The notes below the pieces were generated by a model that saw only the letters and a program-made list of their open reading frames with translations, made no database searches and had not been told where the DNA came from. Made by a program: the position numbers and the translations under genes. A stretch of DNA of 45,072 nucleotides from a virus (taxonomy: Duplodnaviria; Heunggongvirae; Uroviricota; Caudoviricetes), in IMG/VR virus record IMGVR_UViG_3300009514_000009. One strand, 5' to 3'. Each line of letters starts with the position of its first letter. Position 1 is the first letter of the stretch. Shown here piece after piece: positions 34,287 through 42,584 of the stretch.

Positions 34287-34946
34287 TCAACCGACCGTGT
34301 GGACGATGCAGTGGCCCGCGCCGTTCACGAAGGTGATGCCACCCTCCACCGTGGTCTTGCCACCATCCTCGTGCGCGTGGCCGAAGAAGTGGTGGGTGAT
34401 GCCGTGCTCGCCGTAGAACAGCGGAGCCATCAGCGCGGTGATGCCGTAGCCGTCCGGGCCGTCGAGGATGCCGCACGGCGGGCCGTGGGTGACCAGCACG
34501 GTCGGGTTGCAGGCCATCGCCCGGTCGATGTGCAGGCGCAGGTCGTGGACCTCACCCTCCCACTCGCCCGCGATCCAGTTGACCTGCCGGAACCCTGCGA
34601 ACCGGATACCCTTGACCTCGACCATCGGGCACTCGTCGGTGATCTCGTAGACCTCGGCACCGTAGTGCCGCAGCCACCTGGAGTAGTTGATGAAGTCGTG
34701 GTTGCCACCGATGCAGACGACCGGGCGGCCCGCGAAGTCCACGGCCCACTTCTTCGCCTGCTTGCGGAACCAGCTCTGCTGGTACGTCCGCTCGTTGGCG
34801 GGGATGATGCCTTGGCCGTTCACCCGGCCACGGTTGTTCATGCAGTCGCCCGTGATCAGGATGATGTCCGCATCGAGGCCCGCCACCTGCCGAACGATGC
34901 TCGGTCGGTCGTGGGTGTCACTGATGTGCGCGATGCGGGTGCTCAT
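34287..34946 (-). CDS. calcineurin-like metallophosphoesterase
   Basis: SDTH, TGD, GNHD, THGPP, GHAH motifs. Confidence 0.9.
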   Translation of the reverse strand: MSTRIAHISDTHDRPSIVRQVAGLDADIILITGDCMNNRGRVNGQGIIPANERTYQQSWFRKQAKKWAVDFAGRPVVCIGGNHDFINYSRWLRHYGAEVYEITDECPMVEVKGIRFAGFRQVNWIAGEWEGEVHDLRLHIDRAMACNPTVLVTHGPPCGILDGPDGYGITALMAPLFYGEHGITHHFFGHAHEDGGKTTVEGGITFVNGAGHCIVHTVG

Positions 34947-34967
34947 GGGGTCCTCCGTTCGTCGTCC

Positions 34968-34998
34968 CTACTACTGACGACTTTCGGATTTTGAGCCC
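34968..34998 (-). promoter_or_regulatory. conserved bipartite motif copy 9
   Basis: GGGCTCAA-N15-AGTAGTAG; spacer largely identical to copy 7. Confidence 0.8.
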
Positions 34999-35015
34999 CC
35001 AAGTGCGACTTTCGA

Positions 35016-35225
35016 TCAGTACGCCTCGCGCATCCGCTTGGCGTAGGCGAGGCAGGCTTTGCCCAGCTTCTCAAGCTGAGCCGCGGTCATGTGGTGGTCC
35101 TTGCCCCTCGCGGTCAGCAAGGCCTGCACCGGCCTCTCCGTCGTCTCGGAAGGGGCGAGCAAGGTGAGCTGGATGAGCCCCTCGTCGAGCCCGCTGCCCG
35201 TCACGATGTCAGCGTTTCTTGCCAC
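35016..35225 (-). CDS. small hypothetical protein (start uncertain)
   Basis: Co-oriented ORF filling the gap. Confidence 0.5.
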   Translation of the reverse strand: MARNADIVTGSGLDEGLIQLTLLAPSETTERPVQALLTARGKDHHMTAAQLEKLGKACLAYAKRMREAY

Positions 35226-35385
35226 TGGAGGGCTCCTTCACCTTCTTGGACTTCTTGACCACCTCGTAGCCCGGAGGGCACGCCGCACGGGCGATCTCCA
35301 GCCGTTTCTTGGTGTCCATCCCCTTGTAGTCGTGTCCGCAGGTGCAGGGCGTGTCCCAGCACTCCGCGCAGTCGCTCATCGCCAT
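35209..35385 (-). CDS. small Cys-rich protein, 58 aa (not in ORF track)
   Basis: Hand translation: MAMSDCAECWDTPCTCGHDY...KKR*. Confidence 0.55.
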   Translation of the reverse strand: MAMSDCAECWDTPCTCGHDYKGMDTKKRLEIARAACPPGYEVVKKSKKVKEPSSGKKR

Positions 35386-35388
35386 GCC

Positions 35389-35676
35389 CTACCCCCTGAA
35401 CTCCTCCAGTACCTTTCGACCCATGTTGGTCAGGCTGATCCCGTGGCCTAAGTAGCGGGAGCCGTTGGGGTGCCTCTTCCAGCGAATGAGCCCCTTTGTC
35501 TCCAGCCGGAACAGTACCAGCCGGAGGCCGTGCAGCATCATTCCCCGGCGATGCCCATTGCCGCTGTTCAACTGCCGGTCGATACGGTGAGGGATGCCGT
35601 TGACCCACGCTGCGTCAGGCTCGTTCCATGCCGCCAGCACCTCCCGCTGTCGTGGGGTCAGTTTCACTTGCATCAC
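35389..35676 (-). CDS. small basic protein, possible winged helix
   Basis: LTPRQREVL...LETKGLI...LTNMG. Confidence 0.55.
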   Translation of the reverse strand: MMQVKLTPRQREVLAAWNEPDAAWVNGIPHRIDRQLNSGNGHRRGMMLHGLRLVLFRLETKGLIRWKRHPNGSRYLGHGISLTNMGRKVLEEFRG

Positions 35677-36138
35677 CTACTCCCCCAGCCACGCGGGCTT
35701 GCGCTTGAGAGCCTCGTCCCAGTACCAGCACGTCTCCTTGCCCACGATGCTGCCGACCTCCGCCTTCACGTAGTCGCAGAAGTCGAAGGCCACGTCGTTC
35801 AGCCCGCAGAAGCACAGGCTGCGAAGGACGCGGGTGATGCGCAGATGGTTGTGGTCCTTGGGACGACGCCACTGGGTCGTGCGGTCGAGGAACAGGATGA
35901 ACCGACCGAGGCTGGCCAGCATCCGCGCCTTGAGCACGGGGTCCATGCTGATCACGTCGTAGTCGCTGCCCGTCGCTATGGGGGACGAGGGCTGGGCCTT
36001 GCTCGCCTCGGGCAACGGAAAGATCCACTGGACCCAGATGTGCCCAGCCTCCAGCTCGGCATCGGTCAGGCCCAAGACCTCATGGAACGTCAGCCCCGGC
36101 CCTTTGGCTCCCTTGAAAAAATCTACGATCTGACTCAT
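35677..36138 (-). CDS. OGFr (opioid growth factor receptor) N-terminal domain-like protein
   Basis: LEAGHIWVQWIFP, DHNHLRITRVLRSL. Confidence 0.8.
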   Translation of the reverse strand: MSQIVDFFKGAKGPGLTFHEVLGLTDAELEAGHIWVQWIFPLPEASKAQPSSPIATGSDYDVISMDPVLKARMLASLGRFILFLDRTTQWRRPKDHNHLRITRVLRSLCFCGLNDVAFDFCDYVKAEVGSIVGKETCWYWDEALKRKPAWLGE

Positions 36139-36203
36139 CCCCGTCTCCAGTAAATCCCACATGCGGTATTGTGGCTATTCCCGCCAAGAGGCAGGAGGTG
36201 ATC

Positions 36204-36728
36204 ATGTCCAAAGCATCTCAGGAACGGTATCGAGCGGCGGGCCTCTGCATCTTCTGTGGACAACGGCCACCTCGCCCCAAGCTGCAAAGCTGCGAGGCTT
36301 GTGGTGAACGTCAGGCCCGCAACTTGAGACAGCGGAAAGCGAGGCGCTTGAAGTCGGGTGTGTGCTCCCGCTGCGGAAGCACCCCGCTTGTCACCAAGCA
36401 GCACTGTGAGCCGTGCCGGGAATACCACAACGCCATTACCCTTCGTCGCTACGAAGTCCTCAAGGACGAGGTGTTCACTGCCTACGGGGGCTATACCTGC
36501 GCCTGCTGCGGGGAGTCCGAACGGGCCTTTCTCTCCATCGACCACATCAATGAGGACGGGGCGAATCATCGTCGCGACATCGGCACCGACCTCTACCGAT
36601 GGCTGATCAGGCACCACTTCCCCGAAGGGTTCCAAGTGCTGTGCATGAACTGCCAGTGGGGCAAGCGCAAGCATGGCGTATGCCCACATCAACGCCACCA
36701 CTCGTCGTTGGCGAACTCGTCGAAGTAG
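36204..36728 (+). CDS. HNH-like (His-Me finger) endonuclease with N-terminal CxxC repeats
   Basis: CACCGE...LSIDHIN...HRR...WL...FPEGFQVLCMNC...CPH; RBS GGAGGTG; opposite strand to neighbours. Confidence 0.8.
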   Translation: MSKASQERYRAAGLCIFCGQRPPRPKLQSCEACGERQARNLRQRKARRLKSGVCSRCGSTPLVTKQHCEPCREYHNAITLRRYEVLKDEVFTAYGGYTCACCGESERAFLSIDHINEDGANHRRDIGTDLYRWLIRHHFPEGFQVLCMNCQWGKRKHGVCPHQRHHSSLANSSK

Positions 36729-36793
36729 TCCGCCAGCTTGCGGCCCTCGTTGTCCTCTCCCTCACCCTTGAGGAAGTCGATGATGACGCTCAT
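36689..36793 (-). pseudogene. 34-aa N-terminal remnant of a second OGFr-like gene
   Basis: MSVIIDFLKGEG...DEW parallels MSQIVDFFKGAKG of the downstream gene; ATGA-coupled start; runs into the HNH gene. Confidence 0.55.
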
Positions 36794-37131
36794 AGGACCA
36801 TGCCTCCCAGCAGATCTTTGAAGGGGTAGTAGCCGTTGCCCTTGCGCTGGTCCTTCTCCCCTTGCTGACACGATTCGGACTCGCGGATCGTGATGACGAG
36901 CAGCTCGTAGTCACGCTCCACGACCACCGCGGTCGCCTTGCCCTTCGGCCCGTCCACCGCGATCCACATCTCGCTCTCGTCGCCGGAGGACCGCTCGATG
37001 ATCTCGTCGCTGGGCCGGTACACCTTGCCGGTCCTCACAGCTTGCTCGATGCGCCGGGCCAGTCGTCGCAGAGGATGACCTGACCGCTCTGCGGCCCGCT
37101 CCTCTGCGTGCTTCGTCCAGTTGACCTTCAC
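36790..37131 (-). CDS. DUF4258/RelE-like small protein
   Basis: TKHAEERAAER...VVVERDYELLVITI. Confidence 0.55.
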   Translation of the reverse strand: MKVNWTKHAEERAAERSGHPLRRLARRIEQAVRTGKVYRPSDEIIERSSGDESEMWIAVDGPKGKATAVVVERDYELLVITIRESESCQQGEKDQRKGNGYYPFKDLLGGMVL

Positions 37132-37319
37132 GACGCCCACGCCTCCAGCACGCCGTAGCGGTCCGGGCGGCGGTCGATGAGCATCCGCACTTCAGCCCGA
37201 CTGAGCGGGTTCGGCCCGGTCTGGACCTCGTTGAACACTCGGCAGACCGCGAGTATCCGCCGGTCAGCGGCTCGCTGCATGTCCTTCTGCGGGACCGGGA
37301 GATTCGGGGGTGTCGGCAT
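37128..37319 (-). CDS. hypothetical protein, 63 aa
   Basis: RBS ACGGAGGA, motif upstream. Confidence 0.7.
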   Translation of the reverse strand: MPTPPNLPVPQKDMQRAADRRILAVCRVFNEVQTGPNPLSRAEVRMLIDRRPDRYGVLEAWAS

Positions 37320-37339
37320 GGGGTCCTCCGTTGTCTACC

Positions 37340-37370
37340 CAACTACTCGTCGGACGGGGGTTCTGAGCCC
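37340..37370 (-). promoter_or_regulatory. conserved bipartite motif copy 10 (divergent pair B)
   Basis: GGGCTCAG-N15-AGTAGTTG. Confidence 0.75.
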
Positions 37371-37391
37371 CTGCCGAAAACTTTCTCGCAG

Positions 37392-37422
37392 GGGCTCAGA
37401 ATGGCCACCTCACCAGTAGTAG
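37392..37422 (+). promoter_or_regulatory. conserved bipartite motif copy 11 (divergent pair B)
   Basis: GGGCTCAG-N15-AGTAGTAG. Confidence 0.75.
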
Positions 37423-37454
37423 GGGCAGACGGGAACGAAACGACGGAGGACCCG

Positions 37455-37718
37455 ATGAGCCGCAGCACCCAGCAAACCTTCAACCCGGTCAACTTCAACT
37501 TCCAGTGGACCGAGGACGGCTGGTACGAGTGGGACCGCAAGGCCGCCCACAGCGCAGCCCTCAAGGCCCGCAACGCCGAGGCGAAGCGGCTCGCGGCCAC
37601 GGGTCGCCGGGTGGTCAAGTCCTCCATGCGGGACCAGCTCATCACCCGCGGCGGCATCGGCTCGGGTCGCCCCGAGATCAGCCACTTCGTCACCGTCTAC
37701 ATGGTCGAGGCGTACTGA
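37455..37718 (+). CDS. hypothetical protein, 87 aa
   Basis: RBS ACGGAGGA. Confidence 0.75.
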   Translation: MSRSTQQTFNPVNFNFQWTEDGWYEWDRKAAHSAALKARNAEAKRLAATGRRVVKSSMRDQLITRGGIGSGRPEISHFVTVYMVEAY

Positions 37719-38005
37719 TGAACCCCAACGCTTGGCAGCAGGATGCAGAAGGGTTGGTCGCCGACCTGACCGATCTCCTGCGTGACTCTGGCAGAGCCCG
37801 CCTCACCATCCTCTTGCTCGCTGCCGCTGCCGAAAACAGCAGGCAAGCTGCGTGGGACGAAATCGCTGCTCCTGTGCTGGCCCGAGTGAGCCGCAAGTGT
37901 CCCGGTCAGACTCGGAGGGTCAATGCCCTTGCCCGGAGGCTCCGGGTGGTGCTTTTCAGTGGACCGGCGGCGGATGCCCCGGCACGTCTGCGAGGCTTGC
38001 TGTGA
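37718..38005 (+). CDS. hypothetical protein, 95 aa
   Basis: TGATG coupling. Confidence 0.55.
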   Translation: MNPNAWQQDAEGLVADLTDLLRDSGRARLTILLLAAAAENSRQAAWDEIAAPVLARVSRKCPGQTRRVNALARRLRVVLFSGPAADAPARLRGLL

Positions 38006-38238
38006 AGATCATCACCGACATGGGCGGCCCCGTCACGGCCACCGAGACGCTCTACGACGACGCCAACGAGGTCGTCAGTGAGAAGACCATCAACATCGGA
38101 CGGTACGGGGTCTGGGACGGGGGCAACGTCATCGCCACCGGAGACGACCTCGACGCGCTCCAGCAGGAGCACGGACCCGACCTGCGGGTTGTGCCCTATC
38201 AAGGGCTCAATCCCCGCTGCTGGCGAGTAGTCAAGTAG
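38002..38238 (+). CDS. hypothetical protein, 78 aa
   Basis: GTGA coupling. Confidence 0.55.
   Translation: MKIITDMGGPVTATETLYDDANEVVSEKTINIGRYGVWDGGNVIATGDDLDALQQEHGPDLRVVPYQGLNPRCWRVVK
38203..38233 (+). promoter_or_regulatory. conserved bipartite motif copy 12
   Basis: GGGCTCAA-N15-AGTAGTCA inside the 3' end of the upstream ORF. Confidence 0.65.
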
Positions 38239-38273
38239 TTGGACGCGATTCAAATCGCGTCGGAGGTTTCTGA

Positions 38274-38501
38274 ATGAATATGACGGCTACCGACGTGGCT
38301 CGGATGGTGATCATGCAATCCGACCACAAAGGCAAAGGAGCTGCTGGCCGTAGCTATTCGGCGATGCTCAACGTCAATCCGCTACCGGATAATACGTGGC
38401 GTGCTCTCGGCCCCGGCCTGTTCGAGTGCAGGAAGAACGGATCTTTGCTTGGCTGTAGTCCAGCGGGAGACCGCTGGACCGTCTGTATTAGGGGAAGATG
38501 A
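38274..38501 (+). CDS. possible small protein, 75 aa, or structured RNA
   Basis: RBS GGAGG 7 nt upstream, but atypical codon usage and several hairpins. Confidence 0.35.
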   Translation: MNMTATDVARMVIMQSDHKGKGAAGRSYSAMLNVNPLPDNTWRALGPGLFECRKNGSLLGCSPAGDRWTVCIRGR

Positions 38502-38512
38502 CGGAGGACACC

Positions 38513-39058
38513 ATGAGCTTGCGATCCCTGCGACACTGGATGAACGAGGCGACCAACAAGCGGTACGCCGGGCCGACCGAGGCAGCCGTGCTGCTCAAGG
38601 ACGGCACCCAGATCACCGCCATCGACCTGACCGACTGGCACGAGAGCTACGAGCGGCTCAACGCCATCGACGCCGATCAGGTGGCTGCCACCTTCTGCAA
38701 AGCCCCGAAGGGCGGCTGGGGCGGCACCGCTACGGTCCCCTGCGCGACTGGTGGGATGCAGCACCTCTACGTCTCGGGGCAGGGCGACGACCTCGCCGCC
38801 TGCGTCCTCAAGATGACGCTGAAGCTCGTGGGGCATCAGACGTACCTGCACCAGCTCGCCAACGACCCCGAGAGCCTGCTCGACCTACTCCTGCGGACTC
38901 ACGACTGGTTCGCCGCCTACTCGGATGCCCCCGGTGTCCTCGCCGCGAGCGACCGGCACTTCGACCGCGCCCGTGACTTGATGGCGGCACTGCCCGCCGA
39001 AAAGGTCCGAGCCATCTTCGCCAAGTACGCCCCCGAGGGGTGTGCCTGTCCGGTCTAG
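38513..39058 (+). CDS. hypothetical protein, 181 aa
   Basis: RBS ACGGAGGA. Confidence 0.75.
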   Translation: MSLRSLRHWMNEATNKRYAGPTEAAVLLKDGTQITAIDLTDWHESYERLNAIDADQVAATFCKAPKGGWGGTATVPCATGGMQHLYVSGQGDDLAACVLKMTLKLVGHQTYLHQLANDPESLLDLLLRTHDWFAAYSDAPGVLAASDRHFDRARDLMAALPAEKVRAIFAKYAPEGCACPV

Positions 39059-39069
39059 GAGGCCCCCCT

Positions 39070-39732
39070 GTGCCCAACGACGAAAGCCTACGCATCTTCC
39101 TCGACATCGACGGCGTGATGAACAGCTACGGGGGCGAGCACCAAGACTCCCTCGACCCCCAGAAGGTCCGGTGGCTGTCCAAGCTAATGGCCCACGGATG
39201 GGGCGGTCGTCACATCGAGGTCGTGTTCAACACGGCTTGGAACGTCCACGACCTCGACTACATGAAGAAGGCCTTCACCGAGGCAGGCTTCCGCTACCCG
39301 GACCAACTGACCGGCCAGACGAACAGTTGCGGAGGCGGGGGTGACCCCGTGCGGGACTACCTCATCGACAACGACCTCGTAGGCACCCCATTCATCATCA
39401 TCGACGACGGAACCAAGAACTACGGCGAGATGTGGTGTCGTCTCATCCGCTGCGACGGACACCGTGGGTTCCGCGAAGTCGAGTACAAGGCGGCGTCTGA
39501 TCTGACGTGGAAGGCCCGCAACCCCAACGAGCCCCGTGACCGACGCCTCGCCGTCGATCACCTCGTCGAGCACACCCATTGGCTGGCGACGAAAAACCCG
39601 TGGCTCGACGATGTGCAGCGGCGAGCCGCCGTCGCCGCCAACCTCGACCTCGTAGCCCACTGCCTGCTCGTGCCGGACTTCCTTGAAGCGGCACTGCTCG
39701 TGAAGCCACCCGAGGTCAAGCCGCCCGCCTGA
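39070..39732 (+). CDS. HAD-superfamily protein (Swiss Army Knife RNA repair-like HAD)
   Basis: FLDIDGVMNS, VFNTAW, FIIIDD. Confidence 0.8.
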   Translation: MPNDESLRIFLDIDGVMNSYGGEHQDSLDPQKVRWLSKLMAHGWGGRHIEVVFNTAWNVHDLDYMKKAFTEAGFRYPDQLTGQTNSCGGGGDPVRDYLIDNDLVGTPFIIIDDGTKNYGEMWCRLIRCDGHRGFREVEYKAASDLTWKARNPNEPRDRRLAVDHLVEHTHWLATKNPWLDDVQRRAAVAANLDLVAHCLLVPDFLEAALLVKPPEVKPPA

Positions 39733-39747
39733 CCTCGGGGGCTGCAC

Positions 39748-40896
39748 CTAACTGGGGAAGTTGAGCTTGTTGTCGCGGGCATTGTGGTTGATCGCCTCCT
39801 CGATCTTGTCCCGCAGGTAGGGCGCGGTGTGGTTCGTCGGGCTGATGCTGCTCTCCAGCCGCCCGAGGACCCGCATGAGGAACGGTAGACGCCGATACAC
39901 CGCATCCTCCGTGTTCGCCCGGACGAGGCTGATCAGGATGCGGATCATGGACATCGACCAGAAGCTCTGGAGGACCCTGCGCTGGGGGTTGTTCATCACC
40001 TGCACCCAGACGGCATCCTCTCGCTCGGCATCGAACTTCTGCATCCTGACCGCCAGGATCTTGCCGACATCGCTGAGGCGACCCCCGGTGCCGTTCAGAA
40101 CATCATGCGACAGGTGAGCAGCCATCTGGACCGCAGCTACCAGCCGTTCGACCTCTCGGAAAGCCGTGATGCTTTCCTCGGATTTGAACAACTTGACCAC
40201 CAGCCCGATGTTGTAGCCAGACGCCGAACAGGGCTGCCCCGTCTTCAGGCGCTCCTTGGCCGAGGGGACCCCGTTGCCACGGCTGCCCAGCAGCCACCCG
40301 GCCAGAATCTCGGTCCACGTCAGGCGCAGCGGCCCTTTGCCACCCTTCACCTTGTTGAAGACCGGCTTCAGCACATGCGAAGGCTCGTTCTGGGTCAACT
40401 GGTAGACCGGCGAGAGGTAGCGGTACAGCGCGATCTTGTCCTGTGCGGAGGTGTTGCGCCGGAAGGAGTGAAACTCGAACAGGGCCACCATCTGCTCCGC
40501 TGTGACCGCCGTGTAGGTCACCACGCGGAAGGTCTTGGACTGCTTATTGGGGTCCATGGTCAAGGCAAGAAGCCGCGTCTGACCATCGGGCACGTAGAAG
40601 TTCAGGGGGTCCTCCACCGGACGGACCCGAACCAGCTCCGAGGTGTGGTGCCCGGCGACCCGATCAAAGCTCTCCAAGAGCTTCACAGCGGCCTTCTTGT
40701 TGAGCAGGCGCTGCTGCTCCACTCCGATGATGTACTTGTCCACACACGGGTTCGGTCTGGGTCCATCCACGGAGAGAACATCGGACCCCGAGATGGTCAC
40801 CATGTCCGTAGACACGGCCTCCGGCGGGATGGTGTTCAGCACGGAAGCCCACTGCTGGATGTCCTTCGCGGGTTGTCTAGCTGTTATCGTACTCAT
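39748..40896 (-). CDS. DGQHR/ParB-superfamily-like protein
   Basis: FYVPDGQTRLLAL...FNxxR-like FHSFRR; RBS AGGAGG. Confidence 0.55.
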   Translation of the reverse strand: MSTITARQPAKDIQQWASVLNTIPPEAVSTDMVTISGSDVLSVDGPRPNPCVDKYIIGVEQQRLLNKKAAVKLLESFDRVAGHHTSELVRVRPVEDPLNFYVPDGQTRLLALTMDPNKQSKTFRVVTYTAVTAEQMVALFEFHSFRRNTSAQDKIALYRYLSPVYQLTQNEPSHVLKPVFNKVKGGKGPLRLTWTEILAGWLLGSRGNGVPSAKERLKTGQPCSASGYNIGLVVKLFKSEESITAFREVERLVAAVQMAAHLSHDVLNGTGGRLSDVGKILAVRMQKFDAEREDAVWVQVMNNPQRRVLQSFWSMSMIRILISLVRANTEDAVYRRLPFLMRVLGRLESSISPTNHTAPYLRDKIEEAINHNARDNKLNFPS

Positions 40897-40923
40897 GCTT
40901 CCTCCTGTCGTATGAAGCACAAG

Positions 40924-40954
40924 GTACTACTCGCCTCGTTTCCCTATTGAGCCC
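40924..40954 (-). promoter_or_regulatory. conserved bipartite motif copy 13
   Basis: GGGCTCAA-N15-AGTAGTAC. Confidence 0.75.
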
Positions 40955-41072
40955 CCACAACGAAATAGGCGCAGTCAAAGGCCCACCCCACACTGGGGAT
41001 CAGCCTGAAATCGGCACCTGCTTCGCCTGTTCGCAGAGGGCTGCCAGAGGAGTGGTGTGCGGTTTTCCTATC

Positions 41073-41921
41073 TCACCCGTGTGAGGTGGAAATAGGGTAT
41101 TCCTTGCGGCCAACGATGAAGGGTTCCCAACCGGGCTTGAGGGCCGTAGCCCAGCCGTCGAACTTGGTAGCTTCAGGCGTTGCAGGCCCCGTGGTGTCCC
41201 ACGACACCGAGGCCACGCTCCTCCCCGGCTGCGACCCCGAAAGTGTGCCGAAGCCCCCACCGCCGGGGTTTCCATAGTGGAAGGCGGCCCCAGCCTTCCC
41301 CCTGCCGGTCACAGGGCGCTCGCCTGCCTTGCCCAAGTGCTTGTCGATGGCCTTGCTCGTGTTCAGCGCCTTTGGGAACCCCGACCCGTAAGCCCACGCC
41401 TCAAGGCTGTGCTCCGGGTCGAGCAAGAATCCAGCTTCCTCCATCGCCGCGCACATCCGGTGGTTCATCCGCGTCGCCCCGAAGACCTTGAGGATGCCGC
41501 CCGCAGAGAGCACCCGGTAGCACTCGGTCAGCCAGAGCACGCACCACTGCTGGAACTTCTGCCGGTCGCTCACCGTCTGCTGGGCGGAATCGAACTCGGG
41601 CTCATCGCACTCGCACTTGCCCGGCCCACCCTTCCATGTCCTCTGCCGTAGCCCACAGGCCTGACAGGTCGGGTTGCGGCTCGACGTGAACGAGGGGGCC
41701 GGGTGGCGTTCCCCACCATCGGTGAAGCCGTGCTCCGCGAACCCATACTTCCACGGGGCGTCCCAGTCCTTGTTCATGAACTCCAAGCCTGATCAGCCGT
41801 AGGGCGGATCTGTGATGACCGCACCGACCGAGGCGTCTTCGAGTTCACGAAGAACCTCGGAGCTGTCGCCAAGCCGGAGGCGGATCACATGCGCCCTACG
41901 GCTGTGCTCTCCTTCACCCAT
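41073..41921 (-). pseudogene. N4/N6 DNA methyltransferase N-half (DPPY) with an in-frame TGA
   Basis: RBS AGGAG, ATG 41921; LRLGDS...VITDPPYG*SGLEFMNKDWD...WAYGSGFPK...GWATALKPGWEPFIVGRK; no FxGxG. Confidence 0.8.
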
Positions 41922-41981
41922 GAGGTGCTCCTGTGGTTGAACGTCAATGTCCCTCATGCGGGACGACCTACGAGGCAGACT

Positions 41982-42287
41982 CTACCCGCTGGGATGGCAA
42001 CGCGAACCGGGAGCCACCACAAGGGGCTCGGGGTCCTTGTCGTAGATCGGCAGAGCCCCGTCAGGGATCTGTTGAACAAGGAAGGTCTTGCGCCCCACTG
42101 CGGCGTAGTCCAACCGTGCCCGGAGGGGTGCGGCCATCGAGGCCGCGAGCTTCTGGCGTCCACCCGCAGAGTTCAGCAGGTTGGCAAGGGCTTGCCGAGG
42201 GTCTTCGACCGGCTCGGGTGGCGGCTGCGGCTTGACGTAGACGTGGACAACGGGGTCCTCGTCCCAAAACCATGCGGGAAGGGGCAC
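41982..42287 (-). CDS. small protein resembling the N-terminus of a giant-phage major capsid protein
   Basis: GRQKLAASMAAPLRARLDYAAVGRKTFLVQQIPDGALPIYDKDP; family recalled from memory, not searched. Confidence 0.55.
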   Translation of the reverse strand: MPLPAWFWDEDPVVHVYVKPQPPPEPVEDPRQALANLLNSAGGRQKLAASMAAPLRARLDYAAVGRKTFLVQQIPDGALPIYDKDPEPLVVAPGSRCHPSG

Positions 42288-42290
42288 GAG

Positions 42291-42584
42291 CTACCTCGGA
42301 TTGGTGCAGGCTGGAAGCTCGCTGCAAGCCCCCATCTGCATCACGCACGTCGGGTTGAGGGGGTGCCCACTCTGCTGGGTGTCTACGCAGAACTTCGTGC
42401 AGCTCGTCCCGTCCTCCAAGGGCTCACCCTCGGGGCAGCCAAGCTGGCGGAGCTTCACACAGGCAGCGTCGCACTTGTCCGTGTCGGAGGGCTCGATGAC
42501 GATGGGCGGGGGCCTCGTCTGGCAGGTCGCCCCCATCATCAGTGACATCACCACAAGGGCAAGAATCATGCGGAGGAACTTCAT
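42291..42584 (-). CDS. secreted Cys-rich protein or lipoprotein
   Basis: Signal peptide ending GATC; six further Cys. Confidence 0.75.
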   Translation of the reverse strand: MKFLRMILALVVMSLMMGATCQTRPPPIVIEPSDTDKCDAACVKLRQLGCPEGEPLEDGTSCTKFCVDTQQSGHPLNPTCVMQMGACSELPACTNPR

